A stretch of DNA of 63,400 nucleotides, counting the filler, from Octopus bimaculoides (taxonomy: Eukaryota), in assembly GCF_001194135.2 (NCBI RefSeq). It is 5 parts of 4 records of this genome, joined end to end, with 100 filler letters (N's around TTAATTAATTAA, not from the genome) between each part and the next. Parts side by side here need not be neighbours in the genome. Positions count along the whole stretch, not along the records: positions 32,546 to 43,676 come from NC_068981.1; positions 43,777 to 57,932 come from NC_068987.1; 3 more parts are not named here. One strand, written 5' to 3'. The notes beneath the pieces were generated by a model that saw nothing but the letters and a program-made list of their open reading frames with translations, searched no databases and had not been told where the DNA came from. The position numbers and the translations under genes are program-made. Of the stretch, positions 36,780 to 49,432 are shown in pieces (position 1 is the first letter of the stretch; every line of letters starts with the position of its first letter).

Positions 36780-37794
36780 TAGGCTCCAGCGCAGATTCAG
36801 ATTAGTTGTTTGAGAATGTGTTACGCGCAACGTGATTGGATCAAAGTTTTGAGAGCATATCCAGTGTTGAACACCAAAACTTCTCCAGAGTTTTGCTTTC
36901 AAATATGTATTTCAATGGTTCGATTAGTCCACAAATAAGTATGATCTTCATTATCATTATCATTTGATATTTTCTCCAAATTATAGAAATATGAATGATT
37001 TGTGATTCCTTTTTTATGAAATTTCTATCAAACGCTTTTACAACATTCCTAAATGATTCACAATTTCTTAATGTATTGTAAGAACTAAGGATCTAGCTTA
37101 ATCCACTATTCTTTGAATTTGTATCGCTCAGAAACATTTCGCTAGCTGCATTACTTTATTTTGTGTAGTTGTGTGTGTTTTCAGAACTTTTTTACAGCAC
37201 CGTCATTCATATATGTTACTAATGTGAAGAGATGACTATGGCTAGAGACATCATTTGACTCTAGTTGAATCAGATGATGTGATGTCTCTAAAGCTGAGGT
37301 GACTTGATCCAAAATATCTTGACTAAAAATATTGATTCGGCTCTTAGTGATAGAATGACATTATTTGATATGAGCATTTGCTCAAATGTCAATCTTACTT
37401 CTTTATCCAGTGCAATGATTGCCATTTCTAGTGCACATGATTTGATAAGATCATCTGAAATTGTATGGGGCTTCTTGTACTGGATTCTTATGTACCTTAT
37501 ATTACGAAGTAAAAGGCAGTAGTTTTTCAACAGAAAGGAAATCCAACTATGGAAGAGTTCCTTTAGGACTAAAACTAATACTTTTGATTATCAGTGACCC
37601 AACAATATATTTGTCAACATCAGCTTCACCATGTTTGTTCTTGAAGTGGTCTTGAAGCTTGGCTAGCATCAGATTTCAGTTGGAAAATATAATGCTACGA
37701 AAAATACCCCGGGGTTTTGCAAGCTATCATTTCCTGGTGTGCAAATGAGACCAAAGCATACACAGTCGGTATTACATTTCCTTCTTTTTAACAT
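36780..37794 (-). mobile_element. hAT (Charlie/Buster, ZBED5/8-like) transposase remnant with large internal deletion
   Basis: From the ATG at 37794: MLKRRKCNTDCVCFGLIC..AKLQDHFKNKHG..KKPHTISDDLIKSCALEMA..ISNNVI..QDILDQV..QLESNDVS. Then a C-terminal ..FESKTLEKFWCS. Confidence 0.8.
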
Positions 37795-39344
37795 GATGAA
37801 GGAATAATCAACGAAACAGTAAGCGAAAAAAAAAAATGAACTACTCTAACTGTTCATAAGCTCCATTTTGACATATTTTTATTCAAGCCTAAATATAATA
37901 AAATCTTGACCGCCAATTTAACTTGGATGTTGTGTTAAAGCACAGAATATTGCGTTATTTACTTTGAGAAGATCTCTCATATGAACTCGTGGTGCATAAG
38001 AGCACTCGTAATCATATCGGTGACCGATGAGAACCGTCTGCTATGGCCACCGGGAGTGCCAGTCACGTGATTTCACCTTGCTATAGACTCCTCAGTCCAG
38101 TAGCGACATAACAGCCGAATCTCCCGTCAATGTTATACAGAATATTAGCGTCTATTCAGGCACTTGTGCCGCAAATAGTCGGTGAGCATATTGGCAAAAA
38201 TTATTTCATTAGTTGATGTGACCCTGTGGTTTAAAGGTTAAATCTACATGTGTACAATGATAAAATTCTTGGTATGCTCAACAGAATAAACTATAGACTT
38301 TATTTCTTTGTGGCAACTTCTTTGAGAATCTCTGGTGTTGATTATAAACTCAGTTCAACTGAACCGCAAAATTACCAACCTCTTACAACTATCGAGATTT
38401 TGTCTAATTATTTGTCTACGGCGTCTCTATCCTATGACAACACTATTTGTTTATTGTTTACTGGACGGGACATTTTAACAGTTAATTTATGTAAAATAGA
38501 AGTTCAGTATTTGTGGTTTATTTCCTACACTTTCAACTATTAAGTACTTTAATAATATCTATTAAATCTTAATGATTGCTCACGCCGTTAGACACTGTTA
38601 TGAAACCATAGAAAAATATATAAATTATTTTTAATGACAAGCTTACCTCCTGCAGTTTCATCCACCAGGCACTTTAATAACATTTATGAAGTCACTAAGG
38701 TAGCTATATTCCAGACTATCGGACAACTTAATGTTTTGTAATATTTGAAGATAGTTACTAAAATCATTTATTTTAGCTGGGAGTTTAGGAACACACGCGA
38801 TAGCAGAGAGAAACTATTATTGTTATATTCCATTATCTATTTTGAATTATGTAAGCGACTTACTATAAAGAAGAAGTACCTAATGCATAAATATAGTACC
38901 AATCACAAAATACTTTAATAATATTTATTGAGTCTCAGGCAAAACAATCTGATATCTTAATCTTACGAAAACCATTTTAAAAGACCTCTTTAAGTAAAGA
39001 TTGACCATGCATCTGCGCATGTAGGCGTAGGGCAGGGTAAAATTTTATGAAGAAGACTGGCAGTTGTCCATACGTGCATGTCCTCTTTCTTCACACCACC
39101 CATGTTTATCCAAAGGAAAACCGCCGATTTGGGTCATTTCAGCTTTGCCCCAGTGTCATCGGAGGCGCTGTTGTTAGAACGCGAAGAACCGGAACAGATA
39201 CTGCGAGGGATATCACTTGGCCCCTCTAATAATTCAGTGCAAACCACCATCCTAGTTTGATTTTTTAAAATCTATCTCGAAAAGATAAAAGGCAGAATTG
39301 ACTTAAGCGGGATTTGAACTCAGAGTACTGTAAACCGAAACATG

Positions 39345-39389
<45 letters not shown>

Positions 39390-39596
39390 GTATATATATA
39401 TATATATATTATCATTATTATTATTACAAATTTGGGATTTTACCAATAGAACCGCAACTCCTATTTCAGGATAACCTTATTGTAGGGAATACACATAGAA
39501 AGTTATATCCAATAAAATAACATAAGCATTTGAATACCTACTATAAAATACAAAAAAATTATTTACAAAAATATTAGAAAAATATATATAACTTAC

Positions 39597-40892
39597 CTGT
39601 TATTAGTCTGTCGGGAAAGAAGATATTTTTAATCAACTCCAGAGATGGATAAAGAAAACTCTTTATCCGTGACACTACATGAAGAAATGTGCCCCTCATA
39701 GGTTGTCTTAATGTAAGCTTCTAAACCATTAACAATAGCATTCAAAGATTCTGATTCAGCACTGGTTGCAACAACAGTCTTCAAACGTGCAAAATTAGCA
39801 TACATTAATACTCCCGACTCATAATCGACCGCTTGTTTAATTGTTTGATCCTTGGTAGTTAATGTTTTGACTATCTTCCGGAATGATGTAGAGCTTAATT
39901 GTTTATTTTGAGGTATGGTTTCTTTGTAATCACGTCGCATTATAGTTGTATTCTTTTTCCTAATCAGCTTGTACCCTTAACGTTGTTCTCGGGGAGATTC
40001 AGCGTGACACTGTGTGACAAGGATGGCCCTTTGAAATACAGGTACAACAGAAACAGGAAGAAAGAGTGAGAGAAAGTTGTGGTGAAAGAGTACAGCAATT
40101 AATCGTAAATGTTTTGGTACCCCATAAAATTCGGCATACATAAGCATCCGACAAAACAAACTCCACTGCAGCTTCCATCTGATCCCGATCGTATCGTATA
40201 ATTGATCTATTGGAAGGTGTAAGCTGCTTTCCACTTGCCATATGTTTGTACTTTCGCCTTAATGAAGCTACTTTCTTCATACCAATACCAAAACGATCTT
40301 TCAAAACACTTGAAACTAAGGATACCGCTAATGGAACTGTAACAGCATCAGCTTGAACGACATTTCTTGGCAATGCATCTCGTACTTTAATGATATTTTC
40401 CATTGATATGCCTTCATCGACGACACCTTCTCCTTCGTTTTTAACAACCTCTTTCATAAGGCCTTCGGCATCATACGGACTAATGATAGAGCATACCTTT
40501 TTCATTATGGTACTGGTTAGTTTCACTTGTCGCTTTTTAGCTGCTTCGTCAAAGTCTTCCATTCGGGTACTTTCACGTTTAGCTTTTCCCGGTAATGATG
40601 ATACTGGTTTTAAACCAAATGGTTCATACAATGCCCCCACTGTTGAAACAATTCGTGATGGATCGCTAACTTCTGGTTCAGAATCCTTTTGTTCCGTATA
40701 CACACTACGTTTTCTTGTATTCATATTTGTTTTTCATGTTCCAACACCTCCCATAAGTCGTATTCTTTTTGTGGTACGTGTGTTTACAGTTTCTTTGCGT
40801 TTATTATCTGCACGACATGTACATCCACATCTGTAACATCCTTGACAACTAATACATCTACCTTTTTTGTAAGTACATGATAATTCTGACAT
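39597..40892 (-). pseudogene. Large exon of a transposase-like gene with Cys-rich N-terminus; two in-frame stops and a SINE insertion
   Basis: MSELSCTYKKGRCISCQGCYRCGCTCR.. is in frame with ORF 40724 (TGA at 40736-40734). Then AAVEFVLSDAYVCRILWGTKTF [SINE] KLIRKK..SSTSFRKIVKTLTTKDQTIKQAVDYESGVLMYANF. TAA at 39631-39629, then a donor AG|GTAAGT at 39597/39596. Confidence 0.75.
39971..40097 (-). mobile_element. SINE family C internal fragment inserted in the transposase-like exon
   Basis: Matches 53655-53785 in reverse; excising 127 bp rejoins the frame (TIN|KLIR). Confidence 0.85.
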
Positions 40893-42599
40893 AACTGCCG
40901 ATTGGGTGAAACAAAATAAAAAATTGGACTACCTGTGTGGTTTTTTTTTTTTTATATATTAATTTTAACCAATCAAATTGCCCCGTTTATTATTCAGTTT
41001 GCGACAATTCAGTATTTTAAAGTTCTACAAAAAAGTCAATACTCTGACCCGCGAAGCGACTCTTAACTATAAAAATTTATTCTTTTATCTACTTTCCGTT
41101 TCTTACTCATCAATTTTATATAATCTTTATCCATTTCAGTTATATGCCTGCGTGCGCACACACAAATATATATTCTTTAGCTAAAGTAAAAAGTGTACTC
41201 TACATAGTGTGCTGAGAATACGCTTCATTTGCCGTCGGCAAACTGTGTGCGTATGTGTGTGTGCGTGCTTGTGTGTACGTGTTTGTGTGCCTAACATCTA
41301 TATTATTTTATATTATTTATAAGTTTTTTTAAATAGGAAATTACTCGGTTAATTTATTTTGTATAATTGGATTTATTGTTAATAAATATTGATCTTTGCT
41401 GGCTTATTCCCATGTCGCGTAGTTTCGGGACGATTGCAGTCTAATGGCTAAAGTGGTATATTGTTCTGCTCATTTACTGTCCCTTTGTTTTATGTATGTT
41501 TTCGTGCTTGGAAAATATTATAAATTGTGGAACAGCATGTCTATTGACCTAAGTTCGTTAATTAATCTATATGTTTGAAGTTATGGCTTAATTATTCCTT
41601 TTCTATGTTATGTATCAGTGTTCAGTAAAATTCGCTCAGTACATTTAGTTCACTAGTTTAACTTTCGCTCTATAATTATTGAAGAAGCAATATTATTTTT
41701 GTATATATTTCTTTGTTTTATATGTAGTACTTTTAATTTCTGAGGTTACACTGATGTTTCGCTCCTGCTACATGCCTGTTAAATCTCAGGCGTGTTCTTA
41801 ACGCTGTTAACACCATCGGTTTGAATGGTACTGCCCAGGTGTCAAAACCGTGGTAATATCCGATAGGTAACTGCTGATGGGAATATATGTTTGATATACT
41901 TGTTGTCTGTGAATATTTTGTATCTTGGGGTCCCGTTATCCTGAGTTGTCCTTCATTGTCATGAAGTTGAAATTGTTAGAGGGCTCGTGACTTTTGGTAC
42001 TCTTGTTTGTATTATTACATATATCGATAATGCATGATTATCTTCGTTGGTAGTTTAATTGTGCTATGATAATCCTTAATTTAGGATCATCATATAAGCA
42101 CACATATACATCATATAAATTATATACATATGTTTTATATTAATAAATGAATGATAAAAAAAAGGAGTAACATAATCACCTTCATTAGCTTATGGCTGTT
42201 TCAACTGGCTAACCATTCTACCGATACTATGTTATCTCGCAGTCAGACAGCCCAGTCGCCTGGTATTATGCTACCTTGCAGTCAGAGTGACTTCACAACA
42301 TGCTATTAGCAAATTCAACAACAACAATGACAATAAAAATATTTAATGAACTGGAAGAACGAGGGATATAACCAACTGGAAATGTTCGTAGTGCAAGCTT
42401 TCACGAAAAGATAATTTTATTTTTAAAACACCTTTTAAAACTCTCTTTGCCCGCTAGAAAGATCGCACATAATTAACATTAATAGTAAACGAAATGAGTT
42501 GATTTTGACAGTGATTAACAAAATCAAGGATGAATATTTACAGCAGTGTAATCTCTATTCATTATACTCTCAACAACTGCAAAGAGGTTCTTTGAGAAG

Positions 42600-43200
42600 T
42601 TTAAGAGGTAAAAAAGAAGCAACATAATAAATAAGTGACATGATGGATTTGGAAAATGAATAGAAAAATATTGTTGATCTAAGGAAAACTGTCAGTGGCG
42701 TTGCTTATCAAATGCAAAAAGAAAAAAAAAAAACATACTCCCCGCTCGTCATGAGAGAAAAAACTGAAAAAGGAAAGGAAAGAAATACTCTTTGGAGCTA
42801 GTAAAAAAACTGTTGAGTATGAATTAATCACCCTCAAACAGGACTTAAAAGCTGTCAGTGGGAAACTCTGGCATCAAAAGAGTGAAGCAGAAAGAAAAAT
42901 ATTTAACAAGAAATTAAACCGAAACCAATCAACAGTTTACAGTGATATGAGAGGACAATCAATAAACGTCAGAGAGGGTTCTTCTCATAAAGACAGATTT
43001 ATTCTGGAAAAAAAAAAAGACTAGAGACGAAAAAGAGTTTAATCAGGAAGCAATTTGACTCAAAGAAATCCGAAAGAAATATTGTTCCTGTATTATACAA
43101 AAAGCATACAGCATCAATGGGAATACCCTTGATACTATGATTCAAAAACCTTCAAGATAGGAAAGCACTAGGGTGATACATTATTGTCATATACTGTTAC
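42600..43200 (+). mobile_element. Degenerate R4/Dong-like non-LTR retrotransposon fragment (region upstream of RT)
   Basis: LITLKQDLKAVSGKLWHQKSEAERKIFNKK..STVYSDMRG..EKEFNQEAI.LKEIRKKYC resembles, from recall, the pre-RT region of R4/NeSL-type elements. Confidence 0.5.
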
Positions 43201-43324
43201 AAGAATTTGCATTACTCCTACGGCAATAAAACTGCAGATGAAATAGTGTACCAGCAAAGGATCATTCATAGCTTTCTTGCCACACAGTTTCAATGTGACA
43301 GCAACGTAGATATCCAAAGTATAT

Positions 43325-43676
43325 GGCACCGCGAGTGTCGCGTTGCTCTCCGGCAACTCCAACATCCCGGGTCAACCTTGAGCGACTGCATCACAACTAA
43401 CGCATTCTATAGTGGATTAGTGGAGGGAAGGTACGACGACGATCTCGGGGCGAACCTGGGCGTCGACGAGGAATACCTGACCCGCCTGTTTAAGACGACC
43501 TTCGGGCCGGGACCTATGGACAACTTCCAGAGATCCCTGGCCTGGCAGTGCTATCGAGAAGCTCTACCCGTTCGGGATAAGCTCTACAGGCATGGCTCGA
43601 GAAACACGGGGCCGACCTGTCCGAGATGCAGGCGGAGCGACGAAACCGTTCTGCACGCACTCGTACAGTGTCCCAC
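43325..43676 (+). mobile_element. L1/Tx1-clade LINE C-terminal fragment with zf-RVT zinc-binding motif; young and GC-rich, cut by a gap
   Basis: Open frame ..FQRSLAWQCYREALPVRDKLYRHG..TCPRCRRSDETVLHALVQCP (CxxC..ET..H....C). Confidence 0.8.
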
Positions 43677-43776
43677 NNNNNNNNNNNNNNNNNNNNNNNN
43701 NNNNNNNNNNNNNNNNNNNNTTAATTAATTAANNNNNNNNNNNNNNNNNNNNNNNNNNNNNNNNNNNNNNNNNNNN
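43677..43776. other. Assembly scaffold join (TTAATTAATTAA at 43721-43732)
   Basis: 44 N + 12-mer + 44 N. Confidence 0.9.
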
Positions 43777-45019
43777 TACGCATATGTGTTCCTCTATATA
43801 CAGACGGAAGATTAATCCGTTATATATAGCATATACGCTTTTATGTATTTAAGCATGTATGCATGTATTTACATTTGTAGTCTGAATGTGGTGGATTGGT
43901 TTAGTTCACATCCGAACATAAGTCCATTCACACACATACACTGTAAATATATTTGCATGTGTACGTTTGTTTTACGAGCCTAGTATCATTTTGTGAATTT
44001 TGTCCTCTGCATCTTCGGCTTCTATGCCTCAAGTTGTCCTACCCAGTTTAAATATCTGATCTCACGTATTTCTAAGGCGGTTCTAGTGTAACTGTTATGA
44101 CACGGCGTCGTTTGAAACAAGCGGTAAGACTGTTGACTGTTACCCTCTTGTTTCTCACTTGTTGCTTCTGATGTTCCGAGATTTTTATTTGTCGCCAAAA
44201 CCTCAGAGATGCCTCTATTGCATTCTATCCCCCGTGACTATGCACTTTGGTTAAACCGCAAGATTCTGTGTGGAGAATAAAGCGAAAGACATCCTAGATT
44301 GGCGGATTTTGTCACCTTACTTATGGGGAGTGCCTACATCATTCGTTTTCAGAGTTGAGACCACAATTAAAAATACTTCCAAGCACAAACAGTAACAAGC
44401 ACCAACTTTCTCAATCGTCATGTGCCTCAGCTATGCGTAACAATGAATTAATTAAGATGAATATAAATTTATTTGCATACAGTTATATAAATATTTAGTC
44501 TTGCAGATCAAACAGCCATACAACATGCTCTCCCAGTGGTTTAGCTCAGGGTTCCTCAAAGAAGGGGGTAAAATTAAACCCTCTTTCCAATTGAGGACCG
44601 CTATCAGGACAGAGGCATGGGAACACGGTGGTCAATTTGTCATATTTAATAACATAAACGTCTTTCACTTTTTAAAATTCGTCCATCTTTTCTTTTTTTT
44701 TTAAAAAAAGGCGTTAAAAGACGGTATGCTAATGCTGACGATGAGGTGGGCGGTCATATAAATTCGGGAGTGCTGTACGTGGGGTGGTGATGAGAGTTTG
44801 GAAAATACAACTTTAACTAATTTATATACGTACAGGTACATTTATATAAATAAACACACAAGTATACACACATGAGAGTACACACGCTCATGCATGGACA
44901 AATACGCAAACTCATACGTATGTTATTTATACAATATTAGAAAGCTAACCTCATAATAGCTAATTCTGATCAATATGGTCCTTATCACGGAACCATCACC
45001 GAACAATTTTGTGTTAAAG

Positions 45020-45121
<102 letters not shown>

Positions 45122-45296
45122 AACATACGCACACGCATTCAGCATATGCATCTATGTATGTTTATATGCGTCTGTATGTGTGTATATATATAGAGAGATC
45201 TCATTTTACCTATCTTCCTAGATAGATATGCGTATACATATCTATCTTTCTATCTATCTTTTGATCTATCAGCCTGTCTCCGTTTCTCTTTATATT

Positions 45297-45688
45297 TTTC
45301 ACTTGTTTCAGTAATTGCACTTCGGCCATGCTGGAGCACTGCTCTGAAGAATTTTACTCGAATAAATCGACCCAGACCTTACTTTTCTGATTCCTTTTTG
45401 CCGAACTGTTAAGTTATGGGGATGTAAACACACCAACACCAGTTGTCAAGCAGTGGTCAGGAGACAGACACATACACAAAGGAAAACACAAATACACACG
45501 CATACACATACACATGTATATATACCACAGGCTTCTTTCAGTTTTCCTCCACCAACGTCACTCATAATTCACTCGGGTCGGCTCGAGGCTCTAGTAGAAC
45601 ACATTTGCCCAAGATGACACAGAGCGGGACTGAACCCAGATCCATGCAGTTGGGAAGCAAGCTTCTTACCACATAGTCACGGTTGCGC
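45297..45688 (-). mobile_element. SINE family B, diverged
   Basis: Reverse complement of the 24645-25060 consensus. Confidence 0.8.
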
Positions 45689-45708
45689 TTATATATGTAT
45701 ATAGAAAC

Positions 45709-46052
45709 AGCAGTGGCTGTGTGGTAAGTAGCTTGCTTACCAACTATATATNNNNNNNNNNACTTAGACATATATATATATATATACACACACTCAGACA
45801 TATATATACACACACACATGTGTGTGTGTGTACATGTTTGAGAATCTGTGTTTGTCCTCTCAACATCGGGAAAATAATCTAATCGATGCTGGTGTGTTTA
45901 TGTCCCTGTACCTTAGCGGTTCGGCAAAAGAAAACCGATAGAACAAGTATTAGGCTTATAAAGAATAAGTCCTCGGCTCGACCTTCTCGACCAAAGGCTG
46001 TGTCCCAGCATGGCCGCAATCAAATGACCGAAACAAGTAAAATAATAAAAGA
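45709..46052 (+). mobile_element. SINE family B (head 45709-45744, 3' half about 45850-46052; centre missing or in a small gap)
   Basis: AGTGGCTGTGTGGTAAGTAGCTTGCTTACCAAC ... TTAGCGGTTCGGCAAAAG..CAAATGACCGAAACAAGTAAAA. Confidence 0.8.
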
Positions 46053-46090
46053 ATATATAGATACATACNNNNNNNNNNTACATACATACA

Positions 46091-46158
<68 letters not shown>

Positions 46159-46252
46159 CATACATACGTACATATGTATATATACATACATGTATACAAA
46201 CATATATGTATATATATTTAAACACACACACACATATATATATGTGTGTGTG

Positions 46253-46290
<38 letters not shown>

Positions 46291-46683
46291 TCATATATAT
46301 TATATATCAAATATAATATAGACACACATGTGCGTGCGTGTTTGCATGCGCATGGGTGCATGTGTGTGAGTGTGTGTATGTGTGTCTGTATACGCATGTG
46401 CGTTTAAGCATGTGTGAAAGTGTGTGAGTCCCAGGATACGTGTGAGTTACGGTGCACTTGCTACTAAGATTATATATACATTAAAGAACTACATGTTCTG
46501 TGTTCCAAGAATCTTAGTAGAAACATAAATAGCAACTTTGCCTACTGCTATACTTGAACGAAGATTTCTTACATGAAATCTGCAACGTGATTAGATTATT
46601 TTCCCGAACAGAAATTCATACACGTAATTTAATATAAAATGATATATTTGGAAGCAATTTATATATATTCTTTTATTCTATTA

Positions 46684-46883
46684 TTCTTTTATTTGTTTCA
46701 GTCATTTGACTGTGGCCATGGTGGAGCAGCGCCTTTAGTGGAGCAAATCGACCCCAGGATTTATTCTTTGTAAGCCTAGTACTTATTCTATCGGTCTCTT
46801 TTGCGGAATCGCTAAGCTACTTGGACGTAAACGCACCAGCATCGCTTGTCAAGCTATGGTGGGGGGACTATCACAGACATACA

Positions 46884-46944
<61 letters not shown>

Positions 46945-47106
46945 GCCGGGCTTCTTTTCATTTCCGTCTACCATATCCACTTACAAGGTTTTGGTCGGTC
47001 CGAGGCTATAGTAGAAGACATTTGTCCAAGGTGCCACGTAGTGGGACTGAATCCGGAACCATGTGGTTGGTAAGCAATCTACTTACCACCCAGCCACTCC
47101 TGCGGC
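46684..47106 (-). mobile_element. SINE family B, full length, with expanded internal (TA)n
   Basis: Reverse complement of 24645-25060. Confidence 0.9.
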
Positions 47107-47744
47107 TATTGATATATATTAAGACATTCATAGAGTGGTGCGTTATTTTCTAGCGAGTTATAGGAGCTAATGAACGTTTAACTGAATATGCTTCATAAGA
47201 ATTTCTATTTTGGGGTCAAACATACGCGCGTACACACAGACACACACACACAGACACACACACAGACACACACACACACACACACACACACACAAGCACA
47301 CTTATAATACAGATGCATACATATTGATATCTGTATATATNNNNNNNNNNNNNNNNNNNNNNNNNNNNNNNNNNNNNNNNNNNNNNNNNNNNNNNNNNNN
47401 NNNNNNNNNNNNNNNNNNNNNNNNNNNNNNNNNNNNNNNNNNNNNNNNNNNNNNNNNNNNNNNNNNNNNNNNNNNNNNNNNNNNNNNNNNNNNNNNNNNN
47501 NNNNNNNNNNNNNNNNNNNNNNNNNNNNNNNNNNNNNNNNNNNNNNNNNNNNNNNNNNNNNNNNNNNNNNNNNNNNNNNNNNNNNNNNNNNNNNNNNNNN
47601 NNNNNNNNNNNNNNNNNNACGCTATTCAGATCGACTGTTTCCACTCATAAGAAATGCTATGGAGTGGGACTGAACCCGAAACTATGAAGCTGGGACGCAA
47701 ACTTCTTGCAACACAATTATGCAACTATATTTGCGTGTGTGTAA

Positions 47745-47958
47745 GGCAGCGAGGTGGCAAAAGCGTTAGCACGCCGGGCGAAATGCTTAGCGGTATTTGG
47801 TCTGCCACTACGTTCTGAGTTCAAATTCCGCCGAGGTTGACTTTGCCTTTCATCCTTTTGGGGCCGATTAAATAAGTACCAGTTACGCACTGGGGTCGAT
47901 GTAATCGACTGGTCCCCTCCACCCAAATTTCGGGCTTGGTACCTAGAGTAGAAAAGTA
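47745..47958 (+). mobile_element. SINE family A, well-preserved copy
   Basis: GGCAGCGAGGTGGCAAAAGCGTTAG (A box region), GAGTTCAAATTCC (B box), GACTTTGCCTTTCATCCTTTTGGGGCCGATTAAATAAGTACCAG (Meta-domain-like, label from recall). Confidence 0.9.
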
Positions 47959-49227
47959 TATGTTCGTGTGAGTCTATGTGTGTGTGTGTGTGTGTGTGTG
48001 TGCGTCTATGTGTGTATAAACCACATTTCTAGTATGTTGACAGCGTTAAGATATCTATATATATTTACTAGCATGTTTTCCAACTGTCAGGTCATAATAT
48101 TTTTCCGCCCACGATTACAGATTTTTTTTGCATATCTGCGTACGCATAAATGATGTGCATCTATAAATCTATACGGTTATATCAACACAGACATGATCAG
48201 GACGCATATTCGCACGTGTACAAACACACACACCAAGCATAAAGACAATGTTATCACAAAACAGTTTATTATACATTCGTATATAATAGACATATATGTA
48301 TAAGCATAAAATCATGTGCCTGACGATATTTAGGTATGTATACATATGTATACACACACACTAACGCTTGTATGTATGTATGTATGTATGTATGTATGTA
48401 TGTATCTATCATGTAGATACTTGCATACAAAGGCAAAAATATAAATATATAGACATAAGACAAGGAACTCATATATACGTATATATATATGCATATATAT
48501 ATATATGCATATACATATACATACATACAAATATATATGCATATANNNNNNNNNNNNNNNNNNNNNNNNNNNNNNNNNNNNNNNNNNNNNNNNNNNNNNN
48601 NNNNNNNNNNNNNNNNNNNNNNNNNNNNNNNNNNNNNNNNNNNNNNNNNNNNNNNNNNNNNNNNNNNNNNNNNNNNNNNNNNNNNNNNNNNNNNNNNNNN
48701 NNNNNNNNNNNNNNNNNNNNNNNNNNNNNNNNNNNNNNNNNNNNNNNNNNNNNNNNNNNNNNNNNNNNNNNNNNNNNNNNNNNNNNNNNNNNNNNNNNNN
48801 NNNNNNNNNNNNNNNNNNNNNNNNNNNNNNNNNNNNNNNNNNNNNNNNNNNNNNNNNNNNNNNNNNNNNNNNNNNNNNNNNNNNNNNNNNNNNNNNNNNN
48901 NNNNNNNNNNNNNNNNNNNNNNNNNNNNNNNNNNNNNNNNNNNNNNNNNNNNNNNNNNNNNNNNNNNNNNNNNNNNNNNNNNNNNNNNNNNNNNNNNNNN
49001 NNNNNNNNNNNNNNNNNNNNNNNNNNNNNNNNNNNNNNNNNNNNNNNNNNNNNNNNNNNNNNNNNNNNNNNNNNNNNNNNNNNNNNNNNNNNNNNNNNNN
49101 NNNNNNNNNNNNNNNNNNNNNNNNNNNNNNNNNNNNNNNNNNNNNNNNNNNNNNNNNNNNNNNNNNNNNNCAAATTCTCGCTGCTCCACTTTGATCAGAC
49201 AGCAAAAATGAGTAGTAATAATATTTT

Positions 49228-49432
49228 CTACTCTTTGCACACGGCCCGACATTTTTAGGGAGTGGGCCAGTCGATTAGATCTACACCAGTGCGCAACTGG
49301 TTTATAATTTATCGACCCCGAAAAGATGAAAAGCAAAGTTGACCTCGGTGGAATTTGAACTCAGAACGTAAAGACAGACGAAATACCCCTAAGCATTTCG
49401 CCCGGCGTGCTAACGTTTCTTCCAACTCACCA
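49228..49432 (-). mobile_element. SINE family A
   Basis: Reverse complement of 47745-47958. Confidence 0.9.

Larger units (their letters stand above)
39597..41062 (-). mobile_element. 5' part of a Sola3-like DNA transposon
   Basis: The terminus on the minus strand reads TTAA|GAGTCGCTTCGCGGGTCAGAG (TTAA at 41063-41066). The ATG lies 170 bp inside, followed by a long transposase-like exon. I found no matching second terminus. Confidence 0.55.

Noticed and set aside
38647-38685. Minus-strand MLLKCLVDETAG followed by GTAAGC as a first coding exon
   Set aside because: Only 12 codons, and no in-phase downstream exon could be supported.
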